A stretch of 64,000 nucleotides of DNA, from the sequence record ON568341.1; one strand, written 5' to 3'. Below are positions 39,150 through 49,189 of this stretch, one piece after another. Numbering within the stretch: position 1 is the stretch's first letter; each line of letters starts with the position of its first letter. Under the pieces are notes generated by a model. That model searched no databases, was not told the origin of the DNA, and saw nothing but the letters and a program-made list of their open reading frames with translations. The position numbers were made by a program, and so were the translations under genes.

Positions 39150-40286
39150 ATGTCCGAGAAAGAAATCAATCCAAAAAAAGCATCTACCGCAGCTAAAACT
39201 ACAAAACGTTCTACCAAAACTGCATCTAAAGGGCATACCATTGATGCAAGTGATATTTTTAACCAAACTACAAAATCACTCCCAGTACTGAAAGATGTTA
39301 AGGGTAATACTATGTCTCTAACAGTTCAAAACATCAACACTGTTGGTACAACTGCTGGTGCTGCTGTTGGACGATTAGCTGATGAAATCATGTCTAAAGT
39401 TAATGTAACTGATGACAATACAGAGTTTGGAAAATCAATCACAACAATTCTTACATTGACTCGTGCAGTTGATATTGACAGTCTTCAAGAAGATAAATCA
39501 ATTGTGGGGCGTATTAAGAAATTTTTTGTTAATGCTCAGCAGAAAGTTGGTGATCAGTACAAAAATAGCAAAGAGCAAATTGATGAAATCATGAAAACTC
39601 TTCAAACTGGTATTAATCGCCAGCACGGAGAGTGTGAATGGCTTGATAAAGCATATAATGAAAACAAAGAATATTTGTTTGAATTACGTGATACATTAGT
39701 TGGTTTAGAAGAAGTAACGAAATCGCAAGATGCATTGTTAGCAGAAATGCAAGCAGACAAAAATGTAGACTCTTTTGCTATTCAAGAGCAGAAGATGATT
39801 TGTGAAGCACTTTCTAAACAAGAAGATAAGATTCGTCGTCTTATTATGATGTGTGAACTAAGTGGCCCACGTCTGATGAGTATGAAAAAAGTAAACTTGA
39901 ACACTGTTTCTAAGTTTGAAGATTTAAAATCTGTTGTTATTCCAGCATGGAAGTCTCAATTGGCTGAACAGTTGATTTCCGAGCGTCAACGTAAGGATAA
40001 TGAACTGGGAAATCTAATTGATAATGAGACAAACCGTCTTTTAGAAACTAATTCTAAAATGGTTGCAGCAAATATGTTGGATGCAGCAAAGGCAAACAAC
40101 CGTGGTATTGTGGATATTAAAACTTTGCGTAATGTACATAAAACAATGATTGACAGCATTGAAGCAGTTATTGAAGAAGAGAAAAAAGGTAAATTGGAAC
40201 GTGAACGTGCTAAACAGGAAATTGCACAACTTTCCTATGAACTTGAAGACACCCTTCGTGAAATTGCCGAAAAAGCTAACAAGTAA
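39150..40286 (+). CDS. TelA/toxic anion resistance family protein
   Basis: LDKAYNEN, IPAWKSQL, IDNETNRLL, GIVDIKTL. Confidence 0.75.
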   Translation: MSEKEINPKKASTAAKTTKRSTKTASKGHTIDASDIFNQTTKSLPVLKDVKGNTMSLTVQNINTVGTTAGAAVGRLADEIMSKVNVTDDNTEFGKSITTILTLTRAVDIDSLQEDKSIVGRIKKFFVNAQQKVGDQYKNSKEQIDEIMKTLQTGINRQHGECEWLDKAYNENKEYLFELRDTLVGLEEVTKSQDALLAEMQADKNVDSFAIQEQKMICEALSKQEDKIRRLIMMCELSGPRLMSMKKVNLNTVSKFEDLKSVVIPAWKSQLAEQLISERQRKDNELGNLIDNETNRLLETNSKMVAANMLDAAKANNRGIVDIKTLRNVHKTMIDSIEAVIEEEKKGKLERERAKQEIAQLSYELEDTLREIAEKANK

Positions 40287-40289
40287 TAG

Positions 40290-40318
40290 TTGACATATGA
40301 GTGCGTTTTTCATATAAT
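40290..40318 (+). promoter_or_regulatory. sigma70 early promoter
   Basis: TTGACA-17-TATAAT, exact. Confidence 0.85.
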
Positions 40319-40367
40319 AATCTTATTGAAAACGCACTTTTTTAATGTACATATAAGGAACGGACAT

Positions 40368-41057
40368 ATGAAACGTCGTCATATTAGTGTTGATATTGAA
40401 GCTCTTGGGACTCCTGAACTTTCAGGTTATGATATTATTATTCCAAATTATGCCGCAGTTGTGGTTCCAAGTAAACCTGAAAATGACATTCATCAGTTCT
40501 TATATATTAAATTGCCATATCAGGATCAAGTTGCTGCTGGTTTAAAATCAGATGCAGGTGCAATGGATTTTTGGATGAATACATGTCAGAAAGAATACTC
40601 CAATGCATATGCTGAAGTTGCCAGTACTATGAAACTCAAAGCACCGGAACTGTATGGACCGAATGGTCAATCACGACGATTTTTCGCATACAGTAGTATT
40701 GTTGATTTCTGGAAAGAATTACGTTACAATGATTATGGCGAAGAAGTCCCTCATTCAGTCTGGGGTAACGGGTGTAATTTCGATTGTAGTATTTTACAAG
40801 CAAATCATTTAAAATTAATGAACACTGGAGAGTTGTGGAAGTATGATGCACCTGAAAATGCACGCACGTTGAAACGCTTACTAAATGAAGAAGCTCGTAT
40901 TGAAATGGATGAAATAGTTTCGGTACAATTAGCTAAATTTGTCACATATGCAAACAAGTGTGGGATTAATGGGTTGGAGTTGCACCACCCACTGTTTGAT
41001 GCAGCACGTGAAGCAATCCAGATTTCATTTTGTCTAAACAAGCTTAAAATGGATTAA
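40368..41057 (+). CDS. DEDDh 3'-5' exonuclease (DexA-like)
   Basis: SVDIEALG, WGNGCNFDCSIL, HHPLFDA; ATG 40368 after AAGGA. Confidence 0.85.
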   Translation: MKRRHISVDIEALGTPELSGYDIIIPNYAAVVVPSKPENDIHQFLYIKLPYQDQVAAGLKSDAGAMDFWMNTCQKEYSNAYAEVASTMKLKAPELYGPNGQSRRFFAYSSIVDFWKELRYNDYGEEVPHSVWGNGCNFDCSILQANHLKLMNTGELWKYDAPENARTLKRLLNEEARIEMDEIVSVQLAKFVTYANKCGINGLELHHPLFDAAREAIQISFCLNKLKMD

Positions 41058-41060
41058 TAC

Positions 41061-42155
41061 ATGAATTTCATTATTCTGTTAATACCTGCTCTAATCGTCG
41101 TATTCGTTATGAAATACATGTATGATAAGCACATCAGTACTAAAGAATTGATGATTCATATTGGTTGTTGTGTATTAGGTGCTGCTCTTGTACTTGGGAT
41201 TTCATATGCAATTAATTATAGCCAACTATATGATGTAGAGATTTTAAATGGACAAGTAACATCAAAATATAACCATAAAGAAATTTGTACACAATCAAGT
41301 TCATGTAAGCACTATACATGGCATGAGAAGTGTCACACACGATATGATAGCAAAGGTAAATCACATCGTGAGTGTGAATCATATAAAGTGTTTGATTACT
41401 CATATGAAGTTGATTGGTATGTGAAAAGTACAGTGGGTGTATTTGTGATTGAACGTGTAAACCGTCAAGGTACAATGACACCACCACGTTGGCAGCAAGT
41501 TATGATTGGTGACTATGCCGCAGCAGAGAGTTCATATATCAACTATCTATTTGCTGATAAGAACTCATTGTTTAGCCCAGAAGAAATACACAACATATAT
41601 GATGAAAAGTATCTTAGCACTATTCCAGAATACCCAAGTGTAGTTGATTATTACAAAACACATCATGTAATTAACACTACAAATTACAACGTTGATGGTT
41701 ACGATGAATATCTTCGTAATGTGCTAAAAACGATGGGTGCACGTAAACAGGTAAACATCCAAGTTCTGGTGTATAATTACAAAGATAGTGACTTTGTTGC
41801 TGCAACTCTTGCAAAGTGGCGTGGTGGCAAGAAGAATGATGTTATTATGTTCTTTGGTATTGATAATGATGGTAACGTTGTTAAATTCAACAGTACCTCA
41901 TTTGCACAAGGTATGAAGAATGAAGATTTACATGCAAAGATGCGTATTGATGCATTAAATGAAAAATTAACTCTTGACTTATTAACCAAAGAAGTGCATA
42001 ATATTGATACACAATTCGAGAGACTCTCTAATAAAGAGTTTGAGTACTTATCAGTAAAAATGGAACCTAGAAAAGATGTTCTTATTGGTGCTTCCATTGT
42101 ATTGTTGATTCTGTCTATTTTCATTGGCCTTTATATGAGGGATAACAAGTTATGA
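41061..42155 (+). CDS. membrane protein (2 N-terminal TM, extracytoplasmic domain, C-terminal TM)
   Basis: Hydrophobic segments at both ends. Confidence 0.65.
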   Translation: MNFIILLIPALIVVFVMKYMYDKHISTKELMIHIGCCVLGAALVLGISYAINYSQLYDVEILNGQVTSKYNHKEICTQSSSCKHYTWHEKCHTRYDSKGKSHRECESYKVFDYSYEVDWYVKSTVGVFVIERVNRQGTMTPPRWQQVMIGDYAAAESSYINYLFADKNSLFSPEEIHNIYDEKYLSTIPEYPSVVDYYKTHHVINTTNYNVDGYDEYLRNVLKTMGARKQVNIQVLVYNYKDSDFVAATLAKWRGGKKNDVIMFFGIDNDGNVVKFNSTSFAQGMKNEDLHAKMRIDALNEKLTLDLLTKEVHNIDTQFERLSNKEFEYLSVKMEPRKDVLIGASIVLLILSIFIGLYMRDNKL

Positions 42156-42706
42156 ATGGTAAAATTTATGCGTTGATTGGTATTGTCGTTATTGTATGTC
42201 TGGTGATGATTGGTGCTGTCAGTATGTATGTTGATACACATGACCGTGCAGTTGAATTCGAGGGTAACATTAAAAAGTACCATGACGCGTCTGAAAGCCA
42301 ACTAAGCACCTACACTCTTACCATTCAAGAAAAAGTACAAGTTTCTGATAAGTACAAAGATGCATTGAAAGAAACAATTGAATCATACTTTAAAGGACGT
42401 GATGGGGTTGATCAGAAATTTGTAATGTCACAGATCCAACAACAAGTTCCAAATCTCGATCCTAAGATTTATCAGGAACTAATGGCTACAATTGAATCAG
42501 GGAGAAATAAGTTCAACAATCTTCAGAAAATGAAAATTGATCAGTGTACTGATTATGCAAAGTTCCGTAAAGGTTTTTGGAATTCCAGAGTTCTTGATGA
42601 AAGTATTTTTCCAGGTAAAGAAATTGAACATCTATGTACTGTAGTTTCTGATGTACGTACTAAGAAAGCAATGGATACTGGTATTCAAGAAGTAATTAAA
42701 CTATAA
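42152..42706 (+). CDS. membrane-anchored helical protein, LemA-like
   Basis: Single N-terminal TM, then DRAVEFEGNI...helical bundle. Confidence 0.45.
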   Translation: MNGKIYALIGIVVIVCLVMIGAVSMYVDTHDRAVEFEGNIKKYHDASESQLSTYTLTIQEKVQVSDKYKDALKETIESYFKGRDGVDQKFVMSQIQQQVPNLDPKIYQELMATIESGRNKFNNLQKMKIDQCTDYAKFRKGFWNSRVLDESIFPGKEIEHLCTVVSDVRTKKAMDTGIQEVIKL

Positions 42707-42715
42707 TTAAATGTT

Positions 42716-42739
42716 GGGAGTACTTTGTACTCCCCTTTT
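42716..42739 (+). terminator. intrinsic terminator
   Basis: gggagtac-ttt-gtactccc ctttt. Confidence 0.75.
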
Positions 42740-42753
42740 CTATAGGATGTTCT

Positions 42754-43341
42754 ATGTTTTTAAAAAATACTTATGAATTAATTAAAATGATTCAGCACAT
42801 GACGACAGGTGGTTTGTTCCCCTATTACTCTGAGGATGAAACACATCGTTTAGAACTTAAATTAGATGAAACTGGACGTATTATATCATTAAGAACACCA
42901 GTCCCCAGTGTAGAAACAGTAATTACGCAATCAACTCAAAATTCAGGAACTGCTGTTAAAACACCACAAACATACAACCCTAATTACCCACAACCCCAAA
43001 TGTACACGATTAGTACTCCACCTATTAAACGAGTTGCTTGTATTGTTAATATAAAAGTATCTAAGGACTATCGTGACTTAATATCAGTTGAATGGGCAGA
43101 ACTAACATCATCATTAACAAACAATGGACTTGTAGTAACAAATGCCGGTATAATGCACAACAAAAAAGAAGGACAGCAGATAATGAGTGCGTTATATCTT
43201 AGTAATGGTTATGTTATTATCAATGGTAAATTGTATAGCGATGATGACTCCACTGCATTCACTGAAGATTTGGTTGGTGAAAAAGAATACAGCATTCTTG
43301 AAATTATGAATTTAAAAAAGGTGTATGAAAACCATGATTAG
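42754..43341 (+). CDS. hypothetical protein
   Basis: 195 aa, AGGA RBS. Confidence 0.65.
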   Translation: MFLKNTYELIKMIQHMTTGGLFPYYSEDETHRLELKLDETGRIISLRTPVPSVETVITQSTQNSGTAVKTPQTYNPNYPQPQMYTISTPPIKRVACIVNIKVSKDYRDLISVEWAELTSSLTNNGLVVTNAGIMHNKKEGQQIMSALYLSNGYVIINGKLYSDDDSTAFTEDLVGEKEYSILEIMNLKKVYENHD

Positions 43342-43906
43342 ATTTCATCAAGATGATTTGCCATTTATTCAAGAACTAGAAGAACAGGTAATAAGTATTA
43401 TGGATGAAATTAGTACTTGGGATATAACAGTTTTTCGAAAGGTATATGATAAAGTGGTGAATTTTAAAAATGTTAATATTGAAGTAAAACATAATAATTT
43501 TTACTTAACAAAACAATTCATTCTAACTCGTCCCGGAACAAAGCAAGTTAAGCGTAATTTGTCGTTTGGACACTTAGTTGGTGCAGAACAGGTGAATGAG
43601 GACTGGATTGATTCCATCTATTCGTACACAAAAGAACTTATACCTGATATTGAGAAAAGATACTATCTTAGTATCACATTAGATGAAAATGGAAATCTTA
43701 ATGCATATTCAATAAATTCGTCGTCAAATGTTCCATTACATTCAATGACGATTGGTGACAAAAAAATACTAATAAATTCTGAAACATGGTACAATCGAGA
43801 AAATTTCGCAGCAGAATCATTTCAGTACTCTGTATCGGAACCGAAGTCACCTTTTGATTTAGTGTTTGTAAATAATATTATTTTGCGTTTTGGTGTAGGA
43901 GTGTAA
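43325..43906 (+). CDS. hypothetical protein
   Basis: 193 aa, AAGGTG RBS. Confidence 0.65.
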   Translation: MKTMIRFHQDDLPFIQELEEQVISIMDEISTWDITVFRKVYDKVVNFKNVNIEVKHNNFYLTKQFILTRPGTKQVKRNLSFGHLVGAEQVNEDWIDSIYSYTKELIPDIEKRYYLSITLDENGNLNAYSINSSSNVPLHSMTIGDKKILINSETWYNRENFAAESFQYSVSEPKSPFDLVFVNNIILRFGVGV

Positions 43907-43910
43907 ATTT

Positions 43911-44264
43911 ATGCTAATTTGTTTAAGTGTTGTAGTGGTTTCATTACTTGTCTCATTCGTTGTTCTTAAAATTGTTGCTATTTGTAGAAGTAAGATTGAT
44001 TGTACTGAAACTAGTTCAGTACTTGACTTGATTCTTGATTATCCAAAAAGATGTGGGGTGATTGTATTAGTTGTTCTTATCATGAATACATATATTATCA
44101 GAGGACATTTATATAATATGTATGATTGTAGTATTCGTTCCATTTCACAAGGTGTTGACACAGACTATAGTTGGTATTATGAAAAATGTCGATTCAAAAA
44201 CCAACATGGTATTTGGGTTGATTTTGATAAACTACGCGGAACACCGACAGGGGAAGAAGAATAA
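43911..44264 (+). CDS. membrane protein (2 TM)
   Basis: Two hydrophobic segments; AGGAG RBS. Confidence 0.6.
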   Translation: MLICLSVVVVSLLVSFVVLKIVAICRSKIDCTETSSVLDLILDYPKRCGVIVLVVLIMNTYIIRGHLYNMYDCSIRSISQGVDTDYSWYYEKCRFKNQHGIWVDFDKLRGTPTGEEE

Positions 44265-44266
44265 TC

Positions 44267-44758
44267 ATGTTTGAATTTCCTGAAGAGTCATTCAATTTTA
44301 TTGACCCTACAGATGATGGATATCAACATATTAACATTTATAGTAAAGCTAAAACTAAGTTAGGTAGAGATCTATCTAACTTTTCTTCTCATAGCTTCAC
44401 TCTTGAACCATATGGATGGTTCCCATCGGTTGAAACATTTTATTTTTGGTTTTTGACTGGTCAAAAGCATGATGATCTTCGACGAGTATCTGGTCCAGCA
44501 GCGAAGGCGGCAGCGAACAAATATATGCATGATAGAATCGAAATGACCGATGAATGTATTTCTATTATACAAGATGCAATTTGTGCCAAGATAATTCAAA
44601 ATCCAGAGTTAGCTGAAAGATTAAGAAAAAGTTCTTTACCATTTTACCATTACTACGTATATGGTGGAAAAGTGGTTGATGTGTCCGACGAACATGACTG
44701 GTTTGTAAAAACATTTGAATATATAAGAACTGCATTAAAGGAAATCCATAATGGGTAA
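44267..44758 (+). CDS. NADAR/YbiA-like protein
   Basis: LSNFSSHSFTL...FPSVETFYFW...CAKIIQNPELAERL pattern. Confidence 0.5.
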   Translation: MFEFPEESFNFIDPTDDGYQHINIYSKAKTKLGRDLSNFSSHSFTLEPYGWFPSVETFYFWFLTGQKHDDLRRVSGPAAKAAANKYMHDRIEMTDECISIIQDAICAKIIQNPELAERLRKSSLPFYHYYVYGGKVVDVSDEHDWFVKTFEYIRTALKEIHNG

Positions 44759-45029
44759 ATGTTGGGTATGTTTAAAGATGTTCGAAGAGGAATATGAAAT
44801 AACATTAGATGTATTTCAACAGCAGTACATGGTGTGCAATGGAAAATACAAACTTGATACATATCCAACCCCCAAGTACATGGGAATATGTCCTGTGTGT
44901 GATGCAAATGGTGTGTCTAATAGTGAGATTTCATTCACTAACCAAGCTACAACCAACTGTGTAGCGGAGTATATAAGAAAGAATCGAGAGTATTTTATTT
45001 GGAGATTATATGAACGACAAAATCTTTGA
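44751..45029 (+). CDS. small Zn-ribbon protein
   Basis: CWVC and CPVC pairs; AAGGA RBS. Confidence 0.6.
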   Translation: MGKCWVCLKMFEEEYEITLDVFQQQYMVCNGKYKLDTYPTPKYMGICPVCDANGVSNSEISFTNQATTNCVAEYIRKNREYFIWRLYERQNL

Positions 45030-45240
45030 TACATATAACATCGATACTTTACTAACACCATCTGACAACAGTACTGTTAAAATGGACATGTACTGGATTG
45101 TAGTTGATAAAAAAGTGTTTAGACATAAAATTACTAAAGTTTGGCAATGTAATAAAAACAAATCTATTGTTGAAGGATTGGCACAATGCATTCCTAATGC
45201 AGAGGTATTATTTTTTCCATATGCATACACCAAGGAATAA
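45010..45240 (+). CDS. hypothetical protein
   Basis: GGAG RBS, 76 aa. Confidence 0.6.
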   Translation: MNDKIFDTYNIDTLLTPSDNSTVKMDMYWIVVDKKVFRHKITKVWQCNKNKSIVEGLAQCIPNAEVLFFPYAYTKE

Positions 45241-45241
45241 C

Positions 45242-45403
45242 ATGAAAAAAAGTTGGATTGTGTTGGTGATACCTGTTATAATGTTGTTATTGGCATTTTT
45301 CACTCCCTATAGTAATATATTAGCTCTTAATATAGTGGAGATGATTCTTCTTGTAATTCACTGTATCGTGTGTTATAATTATATAAAAGGTGATAAAGAA
45401 TGA
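45242..45403 (+). CDS. small membrane protein
   Basis: AAGGA RBS before ATG 45242; MKKSWIVLVIPVIMLL... (track start 45104 unlikely). Confidence 0.55.
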   Translation: MKKSWIVLVIPVIMLLLAFFTPYSNILALNIVEMILLVIHCIVCYNYIKGDKE

Positions 45404-45822
45404 AGTTTTTTAAAATTCGAATTGGTGTAAGTTCTGGGTTATCTCATTGGGTGTTTTATGATTTACCGGATAGCTATACGGTTGATGATGTAATTGACTT
45501 ATATACAGAAGACCAACAATGGATATTCGACACCGAAACGTATCAAATTGATTGTCAAGAGATTAATGAAGATGATTACAAGCACGGGAAACAAGCAATG
45601 AAGTATTTTGAAACGAATGTCAAAATGCTTTCAGAAAATATATTTCCTGTAAAAGAATGGGCGATTTTGCTTGCGAATCCAAAAAAACCTGTTAGAATTG
45701 GTTATCCAAATTTTCATATGGTGTATAGAATGAATGATAAACGTGAGCTTAATTATCAATACGATTATGATTCATCTAAGTTTGGGGTTCTTAAACAATT
45801 TTTAAAGGCTTATCCAGTATGA
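45400..45822 (+). CDS. hypothetical protein
   Basis: 140 aa, ATGA overlap. Confidence 0.65.
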   Translation: MKFFKIRIGVSSGLSHWVFYDLPDSYTVDDVIDLYTEDQQWIFDTETYQIDCQEINEDDYKHGKQAMKYFETNVKMLSENIFPVKEWAILLANPKKPVRIGYPNFHMVYRMNDKRELNYQYDYDSSKFGVLKQFLKAYPV

Positions 45823-46154
45823 GTGAAGATAGTAAAGAGTATATTTTACGTTGTTCTTGTGGCGATAAAATGGAGCATTGCGTTCACATTGCACAATTTG
45901 ACTTGACTGAGGAATATGGAGATGATAAACTTGGTCAATGTCTTATTAGTATGCGTTTAAATCCTTTTTTAAAATGGTATAAACGTGTATGGGTGGCAGT
46001 AAAGTACATTTTTGGCGTAAACGACTATCAATACGTAGAAGCAACAATTGATGTTGACATTCTAAAAGATGTTGTGATACAATTAGAAGATACTCGTTCT
46101 GATGAGGTTAAGAAAGAAGAAAGAGAAAAACGTACTGATGTGAAGGTTTTATGA
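45819..46154 (+). CDS. hypothetical protein
   Basis: 111 aa, ATGA overlap. Confidence 0.65.
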   Translation: MSEDSKEYILRCSCGDKMEHCVHIAQFDLTEEYGDDKLGQCLISMRLNPFLKWYKRVWVAVKYIFGVNDYQYVEATIDVDILKDVVIQLEDTRSDEVKKEEREKRTDVKVL

Positions 46155-46345
46155 GTACTGAACTTTATGAAAAAAAGTACTGTACAAATTGTTCAACTGA
46201 GTATACAATACAAGGTATGTTAATTTGTACAATATGTCAATCAAAGCAATCAGCCACGTTTATCGTTGATGATAGATTTGGCGATTTAAAACAGTTTAAA
46301 GCAAACCGCAATCTTCGTATTTTTAGCAATCTAAATAAGGAATAA
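46151..46345 (+). CDS. small Zn-ribbon protein
   Basis: CTNC and CTIC pairs. Confidence 0.6.
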   Translation: MSTELYEKKYCTNCSTEYTIQGMLICTICQSKQSATFIVDDRFGDLKQFKANRNLRIFSNLNKE

Positions 46346-46348
46346 TAT

Positions 46349-46777
46349 ATGAATATCGAACAAACTATCCGTAATCATTCTTTCTTCGCACCAGAAACTG
46401 GTCGTGTTATCGAGAATATCAAAATTGAAGAACTCATGATTAATGTTAAATACAAAGAACTAAATGATGAGATTAGTAGTACCATTTGTGCTCTACGTGC
46501 ACCATTCCGAGACGAAAAAGCCAAAAAACCAGCATATGTTCTTGCAATTGCACTAGGGTGTGTCGTTAAACTGGCAGTTGATGAAAATATTATCAACATC
46601 AAAGTCGCACCAAGTAATGACGAAGATAACATTGATTTGAACTTCGATGGTAATCTTGATGAAGATGTATTTTTCCAACAATCACTTGTTTATGATTTCC
46701 GCACAGTTACACATTCTCATATCAACTTCGTCAATGAAATGGTTGATATTGTGGCGAAATATGAAGAATCACTATAA
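46349..46777 (+). CDS. FQxS[TL]-motif family protein 1
   Basis: DEDVFFQQSLV near the C-terminus. Confidence 0.65.
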   Translation: MNIEQTIRNHSFFAPETGRVIENIKIEELMINVKYKELNDEISSTICALRAPFRDEKAKKPAYVLAIALGCVVKLAVDENIINIKVAPSNDEDNIDLNFDGNLDEDVFFQQSLVYDFRTVTHSHINFVNEMVDIVAKYEESL

Positions 46778-46785
46778 GTAAATAT

Positions 46786-46810
46786 AAAAGCCTCCATAAT
46801 GGAGGCTTTT
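46786..46810 (+). terminator. intrinsic terminator
   Basis: aaaagcctcca-taa-tggaggctttt. Confidence 0.8.
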
Positions 46811-46831
46811 CTCACATAAGGTAATGATAAT

Positions 46832-47383
46832 ATGATTGAACAAATTAAAATTCTCACAAAGCAAATTACCGATTTTCTTTCAGACAAAGATGGTTTTCAA
46901 ACAGAAGTAAAAATGCACGGTGTTAGTCTTGATGTTATTTCCCCTGATTCTAATGTGACAAATTATGATATGTATGAGTTATTCCTTTACACGTTAGCAG
47001 TACGTAAGTTAGGAAGTGATATTGAACTTAATATTAATACTAATAGCGAAGGAAATAAAATTTTTGCAATCAACACGAGTGCCAAATTTGATATTAATGC
47101 AGAAATTAAAAAAATCAATGAAAGTTTTGTTGGTTTTAAACATGATTCTATTCAAGGTGTTTTTGTAGGAAAACAAACATCCACAAGTCAATACCCATAC
47201 TGCATTATGACTTTATACAAAAATGGAGATTGGATGCGACAAGATTTAGTTTATGCTGAATTGTTGTATGCGTTTACACATGATCTTGTAATTGAATTGG
47301 ATGACAGTGCTTTTTGTTTTAAGAAAATCAGAAAATTAACCAATGATATACAAACACAACTTAAAGAATTAAATGATAAATAA
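46832..47383 (+). CDS. hypothetical protein
   Basis: 183 aa, AAGGT RBS. Confidence 0.65.
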   Translation: MIEQIKILTKQITDFLSDKDGFQTEVKMHGVSLDVISPDSNVTNYDMYELFLYTLAVRKLGSDIELNINTNSEGNKIFAINTSAKFDINAEIKKINESFVGFKHDSIQGVFVGKQTSTSQYPYCIMTLYKNGDWMRQDLVYAELLYAFTHDLVIELDDSAFCFKKIRKLTNDIQTQLKELNDK

Positions 47384-47503
47384 ATATACCAGAAATGGTT
47401 AACATATCATGTTACTTCCTCCCTTACATAATAATGATGCGTTGTTATATTTTTTCATTATATTATTATTTTCTTTTTATATTGTACAAAATTATATTAG
47501 TAC

Positions 47504-47528
47504 TGCCCCGTTCTTCGGGGCATTTTTT
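47504..47528 (+). terminator. intrinsic terminator
   Basis: tgccccg-ttctt-cggggca tttttt. Confidence 0.75.
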
Positions 47529-47549
47529 ATTATCTAAAATTGAGGATAT

Positions 47550-47945
47550 ATGAAAAATAACATCGGAACTTCAATAATTAACCCACTTTCTTATTACCTT
47601 GAAAAATTTAGAAGTACAAATGGCAAGAAATTTAATAATATATTTCAGTTCTCCCATAAAGAATATATTACTATTGATCATTTCTCTAAGAAACTAATGT
47701 ATGTAAATGATAATAATCATATTATTAAACTATCATTCGATATTGAATTAGACAAATTGACATTTACTGAATACATTAATAAAAAAACTTCATTTTTAAA
47801 CACATATAATAGAAAAGTATATAGGAACATTTCAATGTACCTAAATGACGAATATTACTTTCAACAATCTACAATTGAAGAGGTATTATTCAGCACTGAA
47901 GAATTAAAAGAATTATTTTATTGGCATGAGAAATTTATCTCTTGA
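47550..47945 (+). CDS. FQxS[TL]-motif family protein 2
   Basis: NDEYYFQQSTI. Confidence 0.65.
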   Translation: MKNNIGTSIINPLSYYLEKFRSTNGKKFNNIFQFSHKEYITIDHFSKKLMYVNDNNHIIKLSFDIELDKLTFTEYINKKTSFLNTYNRKVYRNISMYLNDEYYFQQSTIEEVLFSTEELKELFYWHEKFIS

Positions 47946-47970
47946 CATTGTGATGGTTTTCTTCTAAAAT
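47942..47970 (+). promoter_or_regulatory. sigma70 early promoter
   Basis: TTGACA-17-TAAAAT. Confidence 0.75.
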
Positions 47971-47997
47971 ACAAGATAATATGTTGAGGATTAGTTT

Positions 47998-48408
47998 ATG
48001 AGTTTAGATTTACACAATGAACTAAAATATTTTTTGGATTTGGATATATCAGAATTGAACCAACACATCAATCATATAACTAGTACTGTGTGGTGGTCCA
48101 ATGAGCATGATGACCCAATTATACAACTAAGTGATAAGTCATCAGTTATGCGATTTTATAAGATTAATCATAAAAATAACATCAAGATCACATATATACC
48201 ATATAAAAACATATTACTAGTTGAAACACTTAATCCAAGTTCTTTATTAAAAATCACCGATTTAGATACATTACAAACAAGTGAATCTTTATTCCAACGT
48301 TCATTAGTTGATGATCTTGGTGGTATTACTTTTGAAGATATATTACAATTGAAGAAGATGTATAGTGAATTGTTAGAGATTAAAAACACTTTAGTAATGG
48401 GATATTGA
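47998..48408 (+). CDS. FQxS[TL]-motif family protein 3
   Basis: TSESLFQRSLV. Confidence 0.65.
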   Translation: MSLDLHNELKYFLDLDISELNQHINHITSTVWWSNEHDDPIIQLSDKSSVMRFYKINHKNNIKITYIPYKNILLVETLNPSSLLKITDLDTLQTSESLFQRSLVDDLGGITFEDILQLKKMYSELLEIKNTLVMGY

Positions 48409-48409
48409 T

Positions 48410-48814
48410 ATGGTAAGTTTATTAGATATTGACAATACCAGTTTAGTGTTGGTGAAAAAAGGTTTAATCCCCAATTCTACAAAAATTGATTATGCTGTTA
48501 TTGAAACAAATATGGGAAATATTTGGTATGATTCCGAAAGGGATATTGTGATTAGCTGCGTAGACAGTGACCGTGCTGAGTGTTGTAGAGTCGGTCATGA
48601 CGGACAATTTGTTTTTGAATTTCGTTATTGGAAGGACGCAAAATTTCACCAAGAACTGGTTGCATTGTCAAACGAACTGTATACAGAAGAAACTTTCTTC
48701 ATGGAAAGTACTATTAATAATGTTGGCTCAGTAACGTATGAGCACTATAAAAAAGTATATACACTATCCAGAGAAGTTATGAAAATTATCAGAACTGCTG
48801 AAGGTAAAGAATAA
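48410..48814 (+). CDS. FQxS[TL]-motif family protein 4
   Basis: TEETFFMESTI. Confidence 0.65.
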   Translation: MVSLLDIDNTSLVLVKKGLIPNSTKIDYAVIETNMGNIWYDSERDIVISCVDSDRAECCRVGHDGQFVFEFRYWKDAKFHQELVALSNELYTEETFFMESTINNVGSVTYEHYKKVYTLSREVMKIIRTAEGKE

Positions 48815-48815
48815 C

Positions 48816-49187
48816 ATGACTACTATATATGATATTTTGGGTGTTCTGAGTAGAAATATAGATGATGATTTTGTTATTGTTCAAGATACTAGAAATACAT
48901 TTCAACTACCAATAGGTTCACCAGATAGGTTAATTTTTAATAGATACTCAAATGAACTAACTTACATCCATGATGGGATTGCAATTGTATCAGTTTCTAT
49001 AAACGACTATACAATACGATATGTATATGACTTCAACGATTATTGTACAAGAATCCACAGTATTGATATTTCCGAAGAGGAACTATTCCAATTGTCATTG
49101 ATTGAGAAAAATGTAATAGGAATTACAGAAATTGATATTGTTAAAAAAGCATTAGACTATACAAATATAAAAATTAATGGTGAGTGA
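48816..49187 (+). CDS. FQxS[TL]-motif family protein 5
   Basis: SEEELFQLSLI. Confidence 0.65.
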   Translation: MTTIYDILGVLSRNIDDDFVIVQDTRNTFQLPIGSPDRLIFNRYSNELTYIHDGIAIVSVSINDYTIRYVYDFNDYCTRIHSIDISEEELFQLSLIEKNVIGITEIDIVKKALDYTNIKINGE

Positions 49188-49189
49188 GG

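Noticed and set aside
43780-43840. ESFQYSV in ORF 43325 as a fifteenth family motif
   Set aside because: It lacks the preceding acidic pair and sits closer to the C-terminus than in the other members; too weak by eye.
47384-47549. Very AT-rich gap containing an anti-SD-like CTTCCTCCCTT and a minus-strand GGGAGG-ATG
   Set aside because: The minus-strand ORF is 3 codons and there is no convincing promoter-terminator pair, so there is not enough to call an RNA or origin.
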